A DNA stretch of 64,000 nucleotides, taken from the NCBI GenBank assembly GCA_965230605.1, contig CBDDLD010000004.1, forward strand, positions 181,768-245,767, given 5' to 3'. This DNA is from Winogradskyella sp. (GTDB lineage Bacteria; Bacteroidota; Bacteroidia; Flavobacteriales; Flavobacteriaceae). Both the position numbers and the translations under genes were made by a program. A model generated the notes under the pieces. That model worked only from the letters and a program-made list of their open reading frames with translations, was not told where the DNA came from and made no database searches. Positions 46,277-56,953 of this stretch are shown here, piece after piece (within the stretch, counting starts at the first letter, position 1; the number at the start of each line of letters is the position of its first letter).

Positions 46277-47413
46277 TTATTTGAATGGGAGATGTTGTTT
46301 AAAAGATTTTATCTGTACGTTTTTAATAAAAGGCTTCAGAATTTTATTTGGTAATGTACGCTTATGCTTGCAATAACAAGTTAGTTGTTCAGGGACAGCT
46401 CCTAAAGTGCTTTTAATTTCTGATGCTGTTCTACCTAGATTAATTTGCTGTACTTTGTTTTCAATCCCAATTCTTACATAATCGTTTAATATCCTTGGGT
46501 AAATAGCATATTGTTTATTCATACTATAATCTATACCGATAAAATGGGCATCGAGATTATTTTGATTAACCATGGCAGATAAAAACCCTACAAGTTTGTC
46601 TTCTAAAAAATAGGCCTTAACAATAAAGTCTTCACCATAGCTTTGCTTTAAGTTTATATAGGTGTTAAGGTTGAGAACTTGAGCATTAAAATTTGAATTA
46701 GAAATCGTGTTTTGATATAAAGCTTGCAATTCGTCTTTATAATGTGCAATATCTTTTTCAGTAAAAAACTTTGCCGTTAAAGAGATGCTTTTAGAGTCTG
46801 CCTTATTGGCCTTTACTCTATACTTCGATTTTAAAGCATTTTTATAATCATCAAAAGAACCCCATTCAGACTTAAGGTATATAATCATATTCGGCTCTAC
46901 ATGCATAGAAGCATAATCGTAGGCTTTCAAGGAATCTGTAATAAAAAGAGAGTCATTTCTGAAATCTTTTACAAATATGGCATGTAGTCTACGCGTAGAT
47001 TTAATGTGTTGTTTTAATGCTGAAGCTATAGCATTAAATGTTACTATTTTATCTTCACCGGCTTTAAGAAAGGTGCCATACTCGCCACTTAAAAAAACAT
47101 TACCACAAAAAAGAACTCGTATTTCGTTATTACAAAAAAGCCTGTAAACCAATCTTCTAAGCCAGTTGGGCATTTTAATATTCTTGGTAATAGTTTCGAT
47201 GCTTATGGCTACTAATTGTGTGTTTGCGAACGCTACAGGATTATCATCTTTCAGAACAACGATGTAGGTAAATCCGATATCCTTGTTAGCAGCCTCAAAC
47301 GCTCTTAAAAAAGTTGGCGAATAGTATTTATTATCACAACAATCTAAAACATCCCAATAATGATCAGGAATGTCATCAATTGAATTATAAAACACCCATT
47401 GCAGTGTGCTCAC
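46277..47413 (-). CDS. GNAT-like acyltransferase (FemAB/BioF2-like Acetyltransf_6 domain) protein
   Basis: Architecture and length (378 aa) resemble the FemAB-like acyltransferases found next to membrane transporters. Low specificity. Confidence 0.4.
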   Translation of the reverse strand: MSTLQWVFYNSIDDIPDHYWDVLDCCDNKYYSPTFLRAFEAANKDIGFTYIVVLKDDNPVAFANTQLVAISIETITKNIKMPNWLRRLVYRLFCNNEIRVLFCGNVFLSGEYGTFLKAGEDKIVTFNAIASALKQHIKSTRRLHAIFVKDFRNDSLFITDSLKAYDYASMHVEPNMIIYLKSEWGSFDDYKNALKSKYRVKANKADSKSISLTAKFFTEKDIAHYKDELQALYQNTISNSNFNAQVLNLNTYINLKQSYGEDFIVKAYFLEDKLVGFLSAMVNQNNLDAHFIGIDYSMNKQYAIYPRILNDYVRIGIENKVQQINLGRTASEIKSTLGAVPEQLTCYCKHKRTLPNKILKPFIKNVQIKSFKQHLPFK

Positions 47414-47414
47414 T

Positions 47415-48308
47415 TTATTTTGTGACTTTAGGTTTTAACGAAACTAAGTATACTCCGGCAAAGATAAGGAGCATAGCGGCAATTTTAACAATATTTATTG
47501 AGTCTACACCCATTACTATTGCAAACATTCCGGCGATAACGGGCTGTAAATAAATAAATACACCAACCGTAGAAGCTTTGAGCTTTGTAAGGGCTAAAGG
47601 GTTTAAAATATATGTTCCAAATGTGGCAGCTACAACGACAAATAAAATAGCGAAAGTAGCATAAGGTGTAAAAGTATGCCACTGTACTTCTTGGATTTCT
47701 AAGTAACCAAACGGAAGTACTAAGAAAAACCCAAACAAGAACAGCCATTTAATAAAAGTAAACGGATGGTATTTTTCTGTTAGTCGCTTTATAAGGATAA
47801 TGTAAATACTGTACGAAATGGCATTAATAAAAATAAAAGAGTTTCCTAACAATACGTTATCTGCAGGACGAGATGATTTACCATAAATTGTTAAGACAAT
47901 GGCTCCACAAAAGGAAAGAAATACCCCAAAAGATTTAAGCTTAGTGATTTTTTCCTTTAAAATAATGGCAGATAAAATTAGTATGATGACCGGAGTAATT
48001 GTTACAATTGATGAGGCATGAATGGGGGACGTAAGTTCTAAACCTTTTAAAAACAATAACATGTTTACAGCAACACCAAATACTGCAGCAAAAAAGAACT
48101 TTATATAATCTTTACGATCTACTTTTTCTTTTGGGAGGAATAAACTAAATAACCAGAACAATAATGTTGCTCCGCCAACTCTCATGATTACCAGGGCAAA
48201 AGGTTTTACAAAACCGTCATTAATTACAGTTTTTGCAAACGTATAGTTTAACCCGTACAGAAGCTGAACCATGAATACAGCAAAAAGTGCAAACGCTCTA
48301 CTATTCAT
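47415..48308 (-). CDS. DMT superfamily transporter (two EamA domains)
   Basis: 10 TM helices in a 5+5 duplicated EamA arrangement. Confidence 0.75.
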   Translation of the reverse strand: MNSRAFALFAVFMVQLLYGLNYTFAKTVINDGFVKPFALVIMRVGGATLLFWLFSLFLPKEKVDRKDYIKFFFAAVFGVAVNMLLFLKGLELTSPIHASSIVTITPVIILILSAIILKEKITKLKSFGVFLSFCGAIVLTIYGKSSRPADNVLLGNSFIFINAISYSIYIILIKRLTEKYHPFTFIKWLFLFGFFLVLPFGYLEIQEVQWHTFTPYATFAILFVVVAATFGTYILNPLALTKLKASTVGVFIYLQPVIAGMFAIVMGVDSINIVKIAAMLLIFAGVYLVSLKPKVTK

Positions 48309-48654
48309 GTATTTTTTGTTTAGCTAGCTCAACAGTAGCTTTAGAATTTCCAATAAAAATGCTATCGCCAACAATAATTACTGGGCGCTTTAAAAACGTA
48401 TAATGCTCTAAAATATACTTTTTGTATTCTGATTCACCTAGATTTTTATTCTTAAGATCATACATCTTATAGAGCTGAGCACGCTTACTAAAAAGAGCTT
48501 CATAACTTCCAGATAAATGGTGCATATGCTCTAACTGTTCAGTAGTAATAGGAGTGCTTTTTATATCGATAAGGTTGAAGCTTTCAGGGAGATTTAATTC
48601 TTTTAGAATGCGAATGCAAGTACTACAAGTTTTTAAATAGAATACAGCGTTCAT
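48301..48654 (-). CDS. ArsC/Spx family protein (arsenate reductase-like thioredoxin fold)
   Basis: N-terminal FYLKTCSTC active-site-like motif. 117 aa. Confidence 0.7.
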   Translation of the reverse strand: MNAVFYLKTCSTCIRILKELNLPESFNLIDIKSTPITTEQLEHMHHLSGSYEALFSKRAQLYKMYDLKNKNLGESEYKKYILEHYTFLKRPVIIVGDSIFIGNSKATVELAKQKIHE

Positions 48655-48832
48655 AATTAGTGGTTAGATCGTATAAAATATTGCTGTGCAAAGTAAGTTC
48701 ATTTAAAGCTAAAATGAGCTATTTTTAAGGAAATTATAAGTTTATTATTAACGTCATAAACATATAAATTCACAAAGACTTAAGTAAAATAGATTTAGAT
48801 TTTATTTTTGTAGCTTAAAACCACTTCAATAC

Positions 48833-50080
48833 ATGGATTATTATACAGTTGCTTCGATATTAGTTGTGCTTTCTGCATTATTTGGTTATATCAATGTGAG
48901 ATTTCTAAAATTACCTATAACCATTGGCTTAATGATTATAACTATTGTCTTTACAGTGATTATTTTAATATTAAGTCAGTATGATGATACATTGTTGTTG
49001 AGGGAGAAAGCCTTTATATCTAGTATAGATTTTGAAACAGTACTGTTAGATATCATGCTTAGCTTTTTATTATTTGCTGGAGCATTACACACCAATTTTG
49101 CGCAATTAAAAGTACAACGAGGACCTATTCTGGCATTTGCAACATTAGGTGTACTTATATCTACATTTCTTGTTGGAATAATAATGTTTTATGTGCTTCA
49201 ATGGATAGGGTTAGAAGTGAAGTTTATCCATTGCCTATTATTTGGAGCGTTGATATCCCCTACAGACCCAATTGCGGTATTAGGGATTTTGAAAAAAGTA
49301 GGTGCTCCAAAAAAATTAGAAACAAAAATTGTTGGAGAGTCATTATTTAATGATGGGGTAGGTGTCGTCGTTTTTCTTACGATTTTTTCTGTAGCATCTT
49401 CAACGACTGGCTCTGTTGAAGTGGCAGATATTTTTTCATTATTCTTTGTTGAGGTGATAGGAGGTATTGTATTAGGCTTGTTATTAGGTTGGATTACATA
49501 TCGATTAATGAAATCTATAGATAACTATGAAATAGAGGTCATTATTACAATTGCATTGGTTATGGGAGGCACATTACTAGCACACAAGTTCCATTTGTCA
49601 GCCCCTTTGGCCATGGTAACAGCGGGGTTAATAGTTGGAAATGATACTGTAAGGAATACTGCTATGTCTGAAGTCACAGAAGCTTATGTAGATAAGTTTT
49701 GGGAGCTTATAGATGTATTACTAAATACTTTATTGTTCATTATGATAGGAATGGAAATGCTTGTACTTACCTATGAGAAGAATTATGTTATGGCCGGACT
49801 GTTAGCCGTGCCAATATTATTGTTGTGCAGGTACATTTCGCTTTGGTTGCCTATCAAATTCTTTGCAAAACGTTTAGATTTTGTGCCAAAAACCAACCTT
49901 ATTATGACTTGGGGAGGATTACGAGGAGGAATTTCTATAGCACTAGCTTTAAGTTTGTCAAAAGACATGAATAGAGAACTCTTTCTATTAATTACTTACA
50001 TTATAGTTGTAGTTTCTATTATCGGTCAAGGTCTTACCGTTGGGCCTATAATTAAAAGACTAACTAGAGAGAAATCTTAA
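48833..50080 (+). CDS. Na+/H+ antiporter (CPA1 family, NhaP-type)
   Basis: 11-12 TM helices, a conserved FNDGVGVV (ND motif) and a TDP motif (ISPTDP). Confidence 0.8.
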   Translation: MDYYTVASILVVLSALFGYINVRFLKLPITIGLMIITIVFTVIILILSQYDDTLLLREKAFISSIDFETVLLDIMLSFLLFAGALHTNFAQLKVQRGPILAFATLGVLISTFLVGIIMFYVLQWIGLEVKFIHCLLFGALISPTDPIAVLGILKKVGAPKKLETKIVGESLFNDGVGVVVFLTIFSVASSTTGSVEVADIFSLFFVEVIGGIVLGLLLGWITYRLMKSIDNYEIEVIITIALVMGGTLLAHKFHLSAPLAMVTAGLIVGNDTVRNTAMSEVTEAYVDKFWELIDVLLNTLLFIMIGMEMLVLTYEKNYVMAGLLAVPILLLCRYISLWLPIKFFAKRLDFVPKTNLIMTWGGLRGGISIALALSLSKDMNRELFLLITYIIVVVSIIGQGLTVGPIIKRLTREKS

Positions 50081-50802
50081 TGTACTTTCAGGTAAGGTTC
50101 AACATCCTTAAATGGTATCGTAAATTCTGTATAGCCCTGATCGTATGATGCAATCTCATAGACGTTGTATAGTAGAACAATACCTTCATCGCTAAAACCT
50201 ATATTTTTAGGGAGCTTGAAAGGTTCTCCGTAAAAATAATCTTCTTCAGAACTCTCATTGTTGTTCTCCTTTAGAAAAAAAGACTTTGCTAAATCTGTGA
50301 AGGCTTTATCTAAATTAATGATTTCACCATTAGAATATGGCTTACCATTTTTAGGATTAATATTGATTAATTGAATGGCATCATTACCATGAGCCCCACC
50401 TTTGTCAGAATAGGTGCTTAAGGCTATGGTTATTATGGATTCAGATTGGTAGATAACTTCTGTTTCTATTGCAATCTCCCAGGCTTGCTCACTATCCGGA
50501 AATGTGCTTTTAAAATCTTTGAATTCTTTGTCAAAAGTATCTAAAGCAGCTTCAATATTAATTGAATCATCATATCCTACAGATTTTATAATCTCTTTTT
50601 CGATAAGCCCGTTAATCTCTTCCGAAATATCAGAATCTGGTGTGGCAATGTCATAACTAACTTCGATAACTGCCTCATAAGATTTTGATATGGTATGATT
50701 TTCAAAAGCTAAGGGTTTTGCCTCCTCTTTACAACTAACGAAGAGACCTATTGCTACAACAAGTGCTATTTTTTTGAAATTTGAACGTACAGTATTATGC
50801 AT
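50077..50802 (-). CDS. DUF3298/DUF4163 (RsiV/PdaC-like) lipoprotein
   Basis: Signal peptide with lipobox (LFVSC). Two-domain architecture typical of this family. Confidence 0.5.
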   Translation of the reverse strand: MHNTVRSNFKKIALVVAIGLFVSCKEEAKPLAFENHTISKSYEAVIEVSYDIATPDSDISEEINGLIEKEIIKSVGYDDSINIEAALDTFDKEFKDFKSTFPDSEQAWEIAIETEVIYQSESIITIALSTYSDKGGAHGNDAIQLININPKNGKPYSNGEIINLDKAFTDLAKSFFLKENNNESSEEDYFYGEPFKLPKNIGFSDEGIVLLYNVYEIASYDQGYTEFTIPFKDVEPYLKVH

Positions 50803-50929
50803 AGAATAAAGGTAGTATATACATTTGAATACAACGAATTAAACTCTAAATTTGTTGCACACTTATTTTTACAATTTAAGTGTAAACTAAACCGAGTCTC
50901 TGCGTCTAATCGCTTTTAAAAAAGATCAA

Positions 50930-52069
50930 ATGAAATTTAATACGAAAACAATACACGGTGGACAAAAACTAGACCCAGCTTATGGTGCTGTGATGCCACC
51001 AATATATCAAACATCAACATATGCACAATCCACTCCCGGAGGGCATAAAGGTTATGAGTACTCTAGAACACATAACCCAACCAGAAATGCTTTAGAGAAT
51101 GCTTTAGCCAGCATTGAAAATGGAAAACATGGTTTAGCATTTGGTTCGGGCCTTGCTGCAATTGATGCTATAATTAAAACATTGAACCCAGGAGATGAGG
51201 TAGTGTCTACTAATGACCTTTACGGAGGGACGTACCGTTTATTTACTAAAGTATTCGAAAATTTTGGTATAAAGTTCCATTTTATAGGTATGGAAAATGC
51301 TGATGACATTGAGAATTATATCAATAGTAATACAAAACTTATTTGGGTTGAAACCCCTACTAACCCTATGATGAATATTATTGATATAAAATCAATATCA
51401 GCAATAGCAAAGAAGCATAATATTCTTTTAGCGGTAGATAATACATTTGCGACGCCTTATTTACAACAACCTTTAAACCTTGGAGCTGATATTGTGATGC
51501 ATTCAGCCACAAAATATTTAGGAGGACATAGCGATGTAGTTATGGGTGCACTTATTGTAAATGATGATGCATTAGCAGATCAATTATACTTCATTCAAAA
51601 TGCAAGCGGAGCCATATGCGGGCCTCAGGACAGTTTCTTAGTATTAAGAGGAATTAAGACGCTACACGTGCGTATGGAGCGTCATTGTGAAAACGGAAAA
51701 GCAGTGGCCGAGTTTCTAGCTAATCACCCTAAAATTGAGAATGTATATTGGCCAGGATTTGAAACACATCCTAATCATGATGTTGCTAAAGAACAAATGA
51801 CCGATTTTGGAGGCATGGTTTCGTTTACAACGAAGGGTAATAATTATGAGGAAGCTATTAAAATTGTTGAGAACCTTAAAATATTCACATTAGCTGAATC
51901 ATTAGGAGGTGTAGAGTCATTAGCAGGTCACCCGGCGAGTATGACACATGCCAGTATACCAAAAGAAGAGCGAGAAAAAACAGGAGTGGTAGATTCCTTA
52001 ATTAGATTAAGTGTAGGAATAGAGGATAAGGATGATCTTATCGGAGATTTAAAACAAGCGATTGGTTAA
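50930..52069 (+). CDS. PLP-dependent Cys/Met metabolism enzyme (cystathionine gamma-synthase/beta-lyase or methionine gamma-lyase family)
   Basis: PLP-lysine motif (HSATKYLGGHSDV) and family N-terminal region (YSRTHNPTR). 379 aa. Confidence 0.85.
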   Translation: MKFNTKTIHGGQKLDPAYGAVMPPIYQTSTYAQSTPGGHKGYEYSRTHNPTRNALENALASIENGKHGLAFGSGLAAIDAIIKTLNPGDEVVSTNDLYGGTYRLFTKVFENFGIKFHFIGMENADDIENYINSNTKLIWVETPTNPMMNIIDIKSISAIAKKHNILLAVDNTFATPYLQQPLNLGADIVMHSATKYLGGHSDVVMGALIVNDDALADQLYFIQNASGAICGPQDSFLVLRGIKTLHVRMERHCENGKAVAEFLANHPKIENVYWPGFETHPNHDVAKEQMTDFGGMVSFTTKGNNYEEAIKIVENLKIFTLAESLGGVESLAGHPASMTHASIPKEEREKTGVVDSLIRLSVGIEDKDDLIGDLKQAIG

Positions 52070-52074
52070 TAAGA

Positions 52075-52863
52075 CTAATCTAAGTAATAAATATAGCCAA
52101 CATTTAGCCATACCAGATAATCATTGGCTTTATTAGAATCTAATTGGTGATCTAAACCATCAACAAAATCATTAAAGTAGTATTGCCATCTTAGATCGAT
52201 CATAAGATCGGATAAGATGGTAAGTTTGTATCTGGTACCAATACTTCCAACAAGAGACCATGTAGAACCGTTTTCAGCATTCACAGAACCTGGCTGCCAG
52301 AAAGAATAAAAATTATTTGGATTGTTGATATTTTGATCACCAAAAGTAGTAGATACTTCTGGAGAATACCATGTGTAATGAGCACCTAGGCTTATAAATG
52401 GAGCAAAAGAATACGCTCCGGCTGAAAATGCTCTAATACTCTTAGGGAAAAATTCTAATTGCATACCTACATCCCAGTTTTGAGCAACTCCAGAATGTGC
52501 ACGTAATTGATCTGCCTCGACAGAAGTACGACTATCGTCTACCCATTTACCAAAATGATCAAGATTGGTTTTATTCCATGAAATTTCACTTCTAAGTTTG
52601 AAGTGATCATTAAAATATGTGTCTGTGGTGTAGCAATTACAATCTGCACGATACGAAAAATTTATGTAGTGTATAATACCAACACCAATACCGGTGTTAC
52701 CTGCATTTGTTTCAAAATCTCGACGAACACCAAAGTCCGACTGAAACGCCACAGGCCCAACGATTACACCTATTTCGTGAGAAAATCCTAATTGAGAATG
52801 ACTACTTTGTATTGTAAATACAATTACAAAGAGAATAGACAATTTTTTTAATATGTTCACCAT
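52075..52863 (-). CDS. Hypothetical secreted outer-membrane beta-barrel-like protein
   Basis: Probable start at MVNILKK followed by a signal peptide. Ends with aromatic-rich beta-strand pattern ...LNVGYIYYLD. The upstream extension to 52923 is doubtful. Confidence 0.4.
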   Translation of the reverse strand: MVNILKKLSILFVIVFTIQSSHSQLGFSHEIGVIVGPVAFQSDFGVRRDFETNAGNTGIGVGIIHYINFSYRADCNCYTTDTYFNDHFKLRSEISWNKTNLDHFGKWVDDSRTSVEADQLRAHSGVAQNWDVGMQLEFFPKSIRAFSAGAYSFAPFISLGAHYTWYSPEVSTTFGDQNINNPNNFYSFWQPGSVNAENGSTWSLVGSIGTRYKLTILSDLMIDLRWQYYFNDFVDGLDHQLDSNKANDYLVWLNVGYIYYLD

Positions 52864-53084
52864 AGGTTTAATTAATTGAGGCAAATTACCGAACAAATAT
52901 ATAAAAACTCGACGAAATACCAAATAAAACGGATAAAATGCATAAAAATATAAGATTTGATGATTTTTTCAAGTTTTGATAATTATTTAAAATTAAAATG
53001 ATGAATTTAAAAAAATAAGCTGATATTTTTAGAGATAATGTATCTTTGCTGCTTGTAAATGACAATTTGTTAACATTAATATAC

Positions 53085-54428
53085 ATGAAAGATAAAATAG
53101 AAGCATTTTTAGATCTTGTAAGACAACGTAACGGCAATGAACCTGAGTTCATGCAAGCTGTTGAAGAAGTTGCAGAAACTGTAATTCCTTACATTGTTAA
53201 TCATGATATATATCACGGTAAAAACATTCTTTTAAGAATGGTTGAACCAGAACGAGTGATATCATTTAGAGTATGTTGGGTAGATGACAATGGAGAAATA
53301 CAGGTTAACAGAGGGTATAGGGTACAAATGAACTCTGCAATTGGCCCTTATAAAGGTGGATTACGTTTTCACCCAACAGTAAACATGAGTATACTTAAGT
53401 TTTTGGCTTTTGAACAAGTGTTTAAAAATAGTTTGACAACACTACCCATGGGTGGTGGAAAAGGAGGGTCAGATTTTGATCCAAAAGGGAAGAGTGACAA
53501 TGAAATAATGAGATTCTGCCACGCTTTTATGGGTGAATTATTCCGTCATATAGGTAATGATACAGATGTACCTGCTGGAGATATTGGCGTTGGAGGTCGT
53601 GAGATAGGATTCTTATTTGGAATGTATAAAAAATTGAGAAATGAATTCACTGGGGTTCTTACAGGTAAAGGACTTACCTGGGGAGGTTCTTTAATACGTC
53701 CTGAAGCTACAGGATATGGAAACGTGTACTTTGCACAAAGCATGCTAGGAACAAAAGGGGATAGCTTTGACGGCAAGACAGTAGTTATTTCTGGTTCGGG
53801 TAATGTTGCACAGTATGCTGCAGAAAAGTCTATTCAATTAGGAGCTAAAGTAGTTACCATGTCTGATTCTTCAGGATATATCCATGATTCTGAAGGGATA
53901 GATGAAGGTAAATTAGCATATATCATGCACCTTAAAAATGTAAAAAGGGGACGTATCAGTGAATACTTAGAAGAATATCCAAATGCTAAGTTTGTTAAGG
54001 GGCAAACACCATGGAATGAGAAATGTGACATCGCCTTACCATGTGCTACTCAAAATGAACTAAACGGTGATGATGCTAAAGCATTATTATCTAATGGCTG
54101 TATTTGTGTCAGTGAAGGCGCCAATATGCCATCAACAAAAGATGCTATTGAGGAGTTCCACAAGGCAAAAATATTATTTGCACCAGGGAAAGCATCAAAT
54201 GCGGGAGGTGTAGCTACCTCTGGTTTAGAAATGACTCAAAACTCATTACGTTACAATTGGACCAGAGCCGAGGTGGATGAGAAATTAAAACAAATTATGA
54301 CAGATATTCATTCTTCTTGTACAGAATATGGTACTGATGAGAATGGTTACATAGATTATGTAAAAGGAGCAAATATTGCAGGCTTTGTTAAAGTTGCTGA
54401 TGCTATGTTAGCTCAAGGTATAGTATAA
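53085..54428 (+). CDS. gdhA: NADP-specific glutamate dehydrogenase
   Basis: GGGKGG active-site glycine-rich motif (LPMGGGKGGSDFDPKGKS) and a Rossmann GSGNVAQYAA motif. The start is set at the internal ATG (MKDKIEAF). Confidence 0.9.
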   Translation: MKDKIEAFLDLVRQRNGNEPEFMQAVEEVAETVIPYIVNHDIYHGKNILLRMVEPERVISFRVCWVDDNGEIQVNRGYRVQMNSAIGPYKGGLRFHPTVNMSILKFLAFEQVFKNSLTTLPMGGGKGGSDFDPKGKSDNEIMRFCHAFMGELFRHIGNDTDVPAGDIGVGGREIGFLFGMYKKLRNEFTGVLTGKGLTWGGSLIRPEATGYGNVYFAQSMLGTKGDSFDGKTVVISGSGNVAQYAAEKSIQLGAKVVTMSDSSGYIHDSEGIDEGKLAYIMHLKNVKRGRISEYLEEYPNAKFVKGQTPWNEKCDIALPCATQNELNGDDAKALLSNGCICVSEGANMPSTKDAIEEFHKAKILFAPGKASNAGGVATSGLEMTQNSLRYNWTRAEVDEKLKQIMTDIHSSCTEYGTDENGYIDYVKGANIAGFVKVADAMLAQGIV

Positions 54429-54452
54429 TCTAAATAAAATAGTATTTTAATT

Positions 54453-54490
54453 AGCTTCTAAGCATTCATGTTTAGAAGCTTTTTTTTAGT
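54453..54490 (+). terminator. Rho-independent terminator after gdhA
   Basis: AGCTTCTAAgcattcatgtTTAGAAGCTtttttttt. Confidence 0.7.
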
Positions 54491-54546
54491 TGATATATTA
54501 TTATATCAAAATAATCGTTAGTATTAAATATCTTTGAACAAAATAA

Positions 54547-56943
54547 TTGCTGATGATAAAAAGAGTTGCATTAACTTTTTGCTTAATTTTCTTTTCAATC
54601 ATAGGACTTTCAGCTCAGAATTTTTCTAATCTGTGGCAGGGTCACTTTTCTTATTATGATATCAAAGATATTACCAGAAGTGAAGATAAAATATATGCCG
54701 CCTCTGAGAATGCAGTCTTTAGTTACGATATTAATACAAACGAAATATTCACAATTACTACTGTTGAAGGACTATCAGGCCAATTAATATCTACTATCGA
54801 ATACAGTGCCGAATTTCAAACCCTCTTAATAGGTTATGAAAACGGGTTAATTGAACTGTATTTTGAAACAAGCAATGATGTACTATCTGTTGTAGACATT
54901 TTAGAGAAGCAAACCATTTCTCCGGATAATAAAAGAATAAATGATTTTAACGAAAATCTAGGATTAGTATACATAGCAACTGATTTCGGAATTTCTGTAT
55001 ATGACTTAGATAGATTAGAGTTTGGAGATACCTATTTTATTGGTAATGGAGGGTCTCAAATTACTGTAGAAAAAACGGCGATTTTTAATGATGCTATTTA
55101 TGCTGCGTGTAGAGATAATAATGCTGTAAAGAAAGGTGAGCTTTCAAATCCAAATCTTATCGATTTTCAACAATGGCAGACTATTGGAGCTGGGAATTTT
55201 GTATCCACAGAAACTATAGAAGACAACTTATATATTGTTGGTGAAGACAGAAGATTTTATGAATTACTGAACGATAACCTTAGTTTAATTTCAATTTTTG
55301 ACGACCTACCAAATGATAGTGATGTATCCTCTAATAGATTGATATACACAACCGATATTGAAGTTTTTTTGTACGATTCTGATGCTATATTATTAAATCA
55401 AATCAATCAAACCCTTGATTTCACAACCCAGTTTTCTTCATCTATTTTAATTAATGATCAGATTTATATAGGGACTAATACATTTGGTGTTCTTACCACA
55501 TCAATTAATGATATCCTCTATACAGAAATAAGACCAGAAGGGCCACTGCTAAATTCAGCATTTAAAATACAGGCTGGGAGCAATGAGTTATGGGTAACGT
55601 TTGGAGAGTATAATAGATTTTATGACCCAAACCCATTAAATAGTAGAGGCTTAAGCCATTATTTGACTGAAGATGAACGATGGATTAACATTCCTTTTGA
55701 TAGCCTTTTAGGTGCCAGGGAATTAAACTATGTAGCCTTAAATCCATTTAATCCAAGTCAGGTATTTGTAAGTTCATTCCATGATGGGTTATTGGAAGTC
55801 AATGACAATGAACCTACTGTACTTTTTGATGAATCTAATAGTGGTTTAGAATCTTTATTTTTTCCACCTGCACCCAATTTTGTTAGTATAAGAGTTTCGG
55901 GATCTGAATTTGACAGAACAGGAAAACTCTGGACAGTGACCTCTAAAGTGGATAGAGCCTTAAAATCCTATGACCCAGCAAGTGGACAATGGGAGTCATT
56001 TAGTTTTGGAGATCTAATACAAGACGCATTGTTTGATGAAGCCGGGTTTTCCGATCTAGATATTGATAGTAATGGAACCAAATGGATTGGTAGTTTACTT
56101 TTTGGGGTTATAGGGTATAATGAAAACTCTGGTGGAAGCAGTAACATAAATAATATTAATACTGAAGCTCAGAACCTACCATTTACATCCGTAAGAGCAG
56201 TAGATGTGGACAGCAGGAATAGGGTATGGATTGGCACCGATTTTGGTTTAAGAGTGCTGTTTAATACGGCTAACTTTTTTGATGACCCAAATCCAACAGT
56301 CAATGAGATTATTATACTAGAAAATGGTATTCCTAAAGAGCTATTAGAAAGTCAGTTTATTACAGATATAAAGTCTGATGGGTCAGATAATAAGTGGGTA
56401 GGAACATTAACGTCAGGCATATTTTATTTCTCTCCAGATGGTCAAAATACAATATATCATTTTACAATTGACAATTCGCCACTTCCCTCAAATACAATAA
56501 ATGATATTTCTATTGACTCATCGAACGGAAGGGTTTATATAGCTACAAATAGAGGTTTAGTTTCTTTTTCGGCAGGAGGTTCTGCCCCTAAGGATACCTT
56601 AGAAGAGGCATTTGCCTACCCCAATCCGGTAAGGCCAGAATATAATATCTTAGGATCCAGAGATTTAAATGATATCACTAAAGGTGTAAAGATCAGTGGT
56701 CTTACTGATAATGTAAATGTAAAAATTACAGATATTGAAGGTAATTTAGTAGCCGAAGCTCAAACTAATGTTAACCTGAGATCTTCTAGTGCAAATTATA
56801 ATTTTGCTATTGATGGTGGAACTGGTATCTGGAATGGAAGAAATCTTGGAGGAAATATAGTAGCTTCTGGCGTATATTTGATAATGATATCTGATTTAGA
56901 TTCTTTTGAAACTAAAGTCATAAAACTTCTTATAGTAAGATAG
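54547..56943 (+). CDS. Beta-propeller (two-component-regulator-propeller-like) protein with T9SS type-A C-terminal sorting domain (PorZ-like)
   Basis: Signal peptide, repeated propeller-blade motifs (W.GT..G), and a C-terminal domain of about 80 aa ending ...VIKLLIVR that is typical of a T9SS CTD. Confidence 0.55.
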   Translation: MLMIKRVALTFCLIFFSIIGLSAQNFSNLWQGHFSYYDIKDITRSEDKIYAASENAVFSYDINTNEIFTITTVEGLSGQLISTIEYSAEFQTLLIGYENGLIELYFETSNDVLSVVDILEKQTISPDNKRINDFNENLGLVYIATDFGISVYDLDRLEFGDTYFIGNGGSQITVEKTAIFNDAIYAACRDNNAVKKGELSNPNLIDFQQWQTIGAGNFVSTETIEDNLYIVGEDRRFYELLNDNLSLISIFDDLPNDSDVSSNRLIYTTDIEVFLYDSDAILLNQINQTLDFTTQFSSSILINDQIYIGTNTFGVLTTSINDILYTEIRPEGPLLNSAFKIQAGSNELWVTFGEYNRFYDPNPLNSRGLSHYLTEDERWINIPFDSLLGARELNYVALNPFNPSQVFVSSFHDGLLEVNDNEPTVLFDESNSGLESLFFPPAPNFVSIRVSGSEFDRTGKLWTVTSKVDRALKSYDPASGQWESFSFGDLIQDALFDEAGFSDLDIDSNGTKWIGSLLFGVIGYNENSGGSSNINNINTEAQNLPFTSVRAVDVDSRNRVWIGTDFGLRVLFNTANFFDDPNPTVNEIIILENGIPKELLESQFITDIKSDGSDNKWVGTLTSGIFYFSPDGQNTIYHFTIDNSPLPSNTINDISIDSSNGRVYIATNRGLVSFSAGGSAPKDTLEEAFAYPNPVRPEYNILGSRDLNDITKGVKISGLTDNVNVKITDIEGNLVAEAQTNVNLRSSSANYNFAIDGGTGIWNGRNLGGNIVASGVYLIMISDLDSFETKVIKLLIVR

Positions 56944-56953
56944 CTAAATATCT

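Noticed and set aside
52886-53152. 88-aa ORF overlapping the gdhA 5' region and the preceding gene start
   Set aside because: It lies on the minus strand across the gdhA N-terminal extension and promoter region, and has a low-complexity hydrophobic sequence. Likely non-coding.
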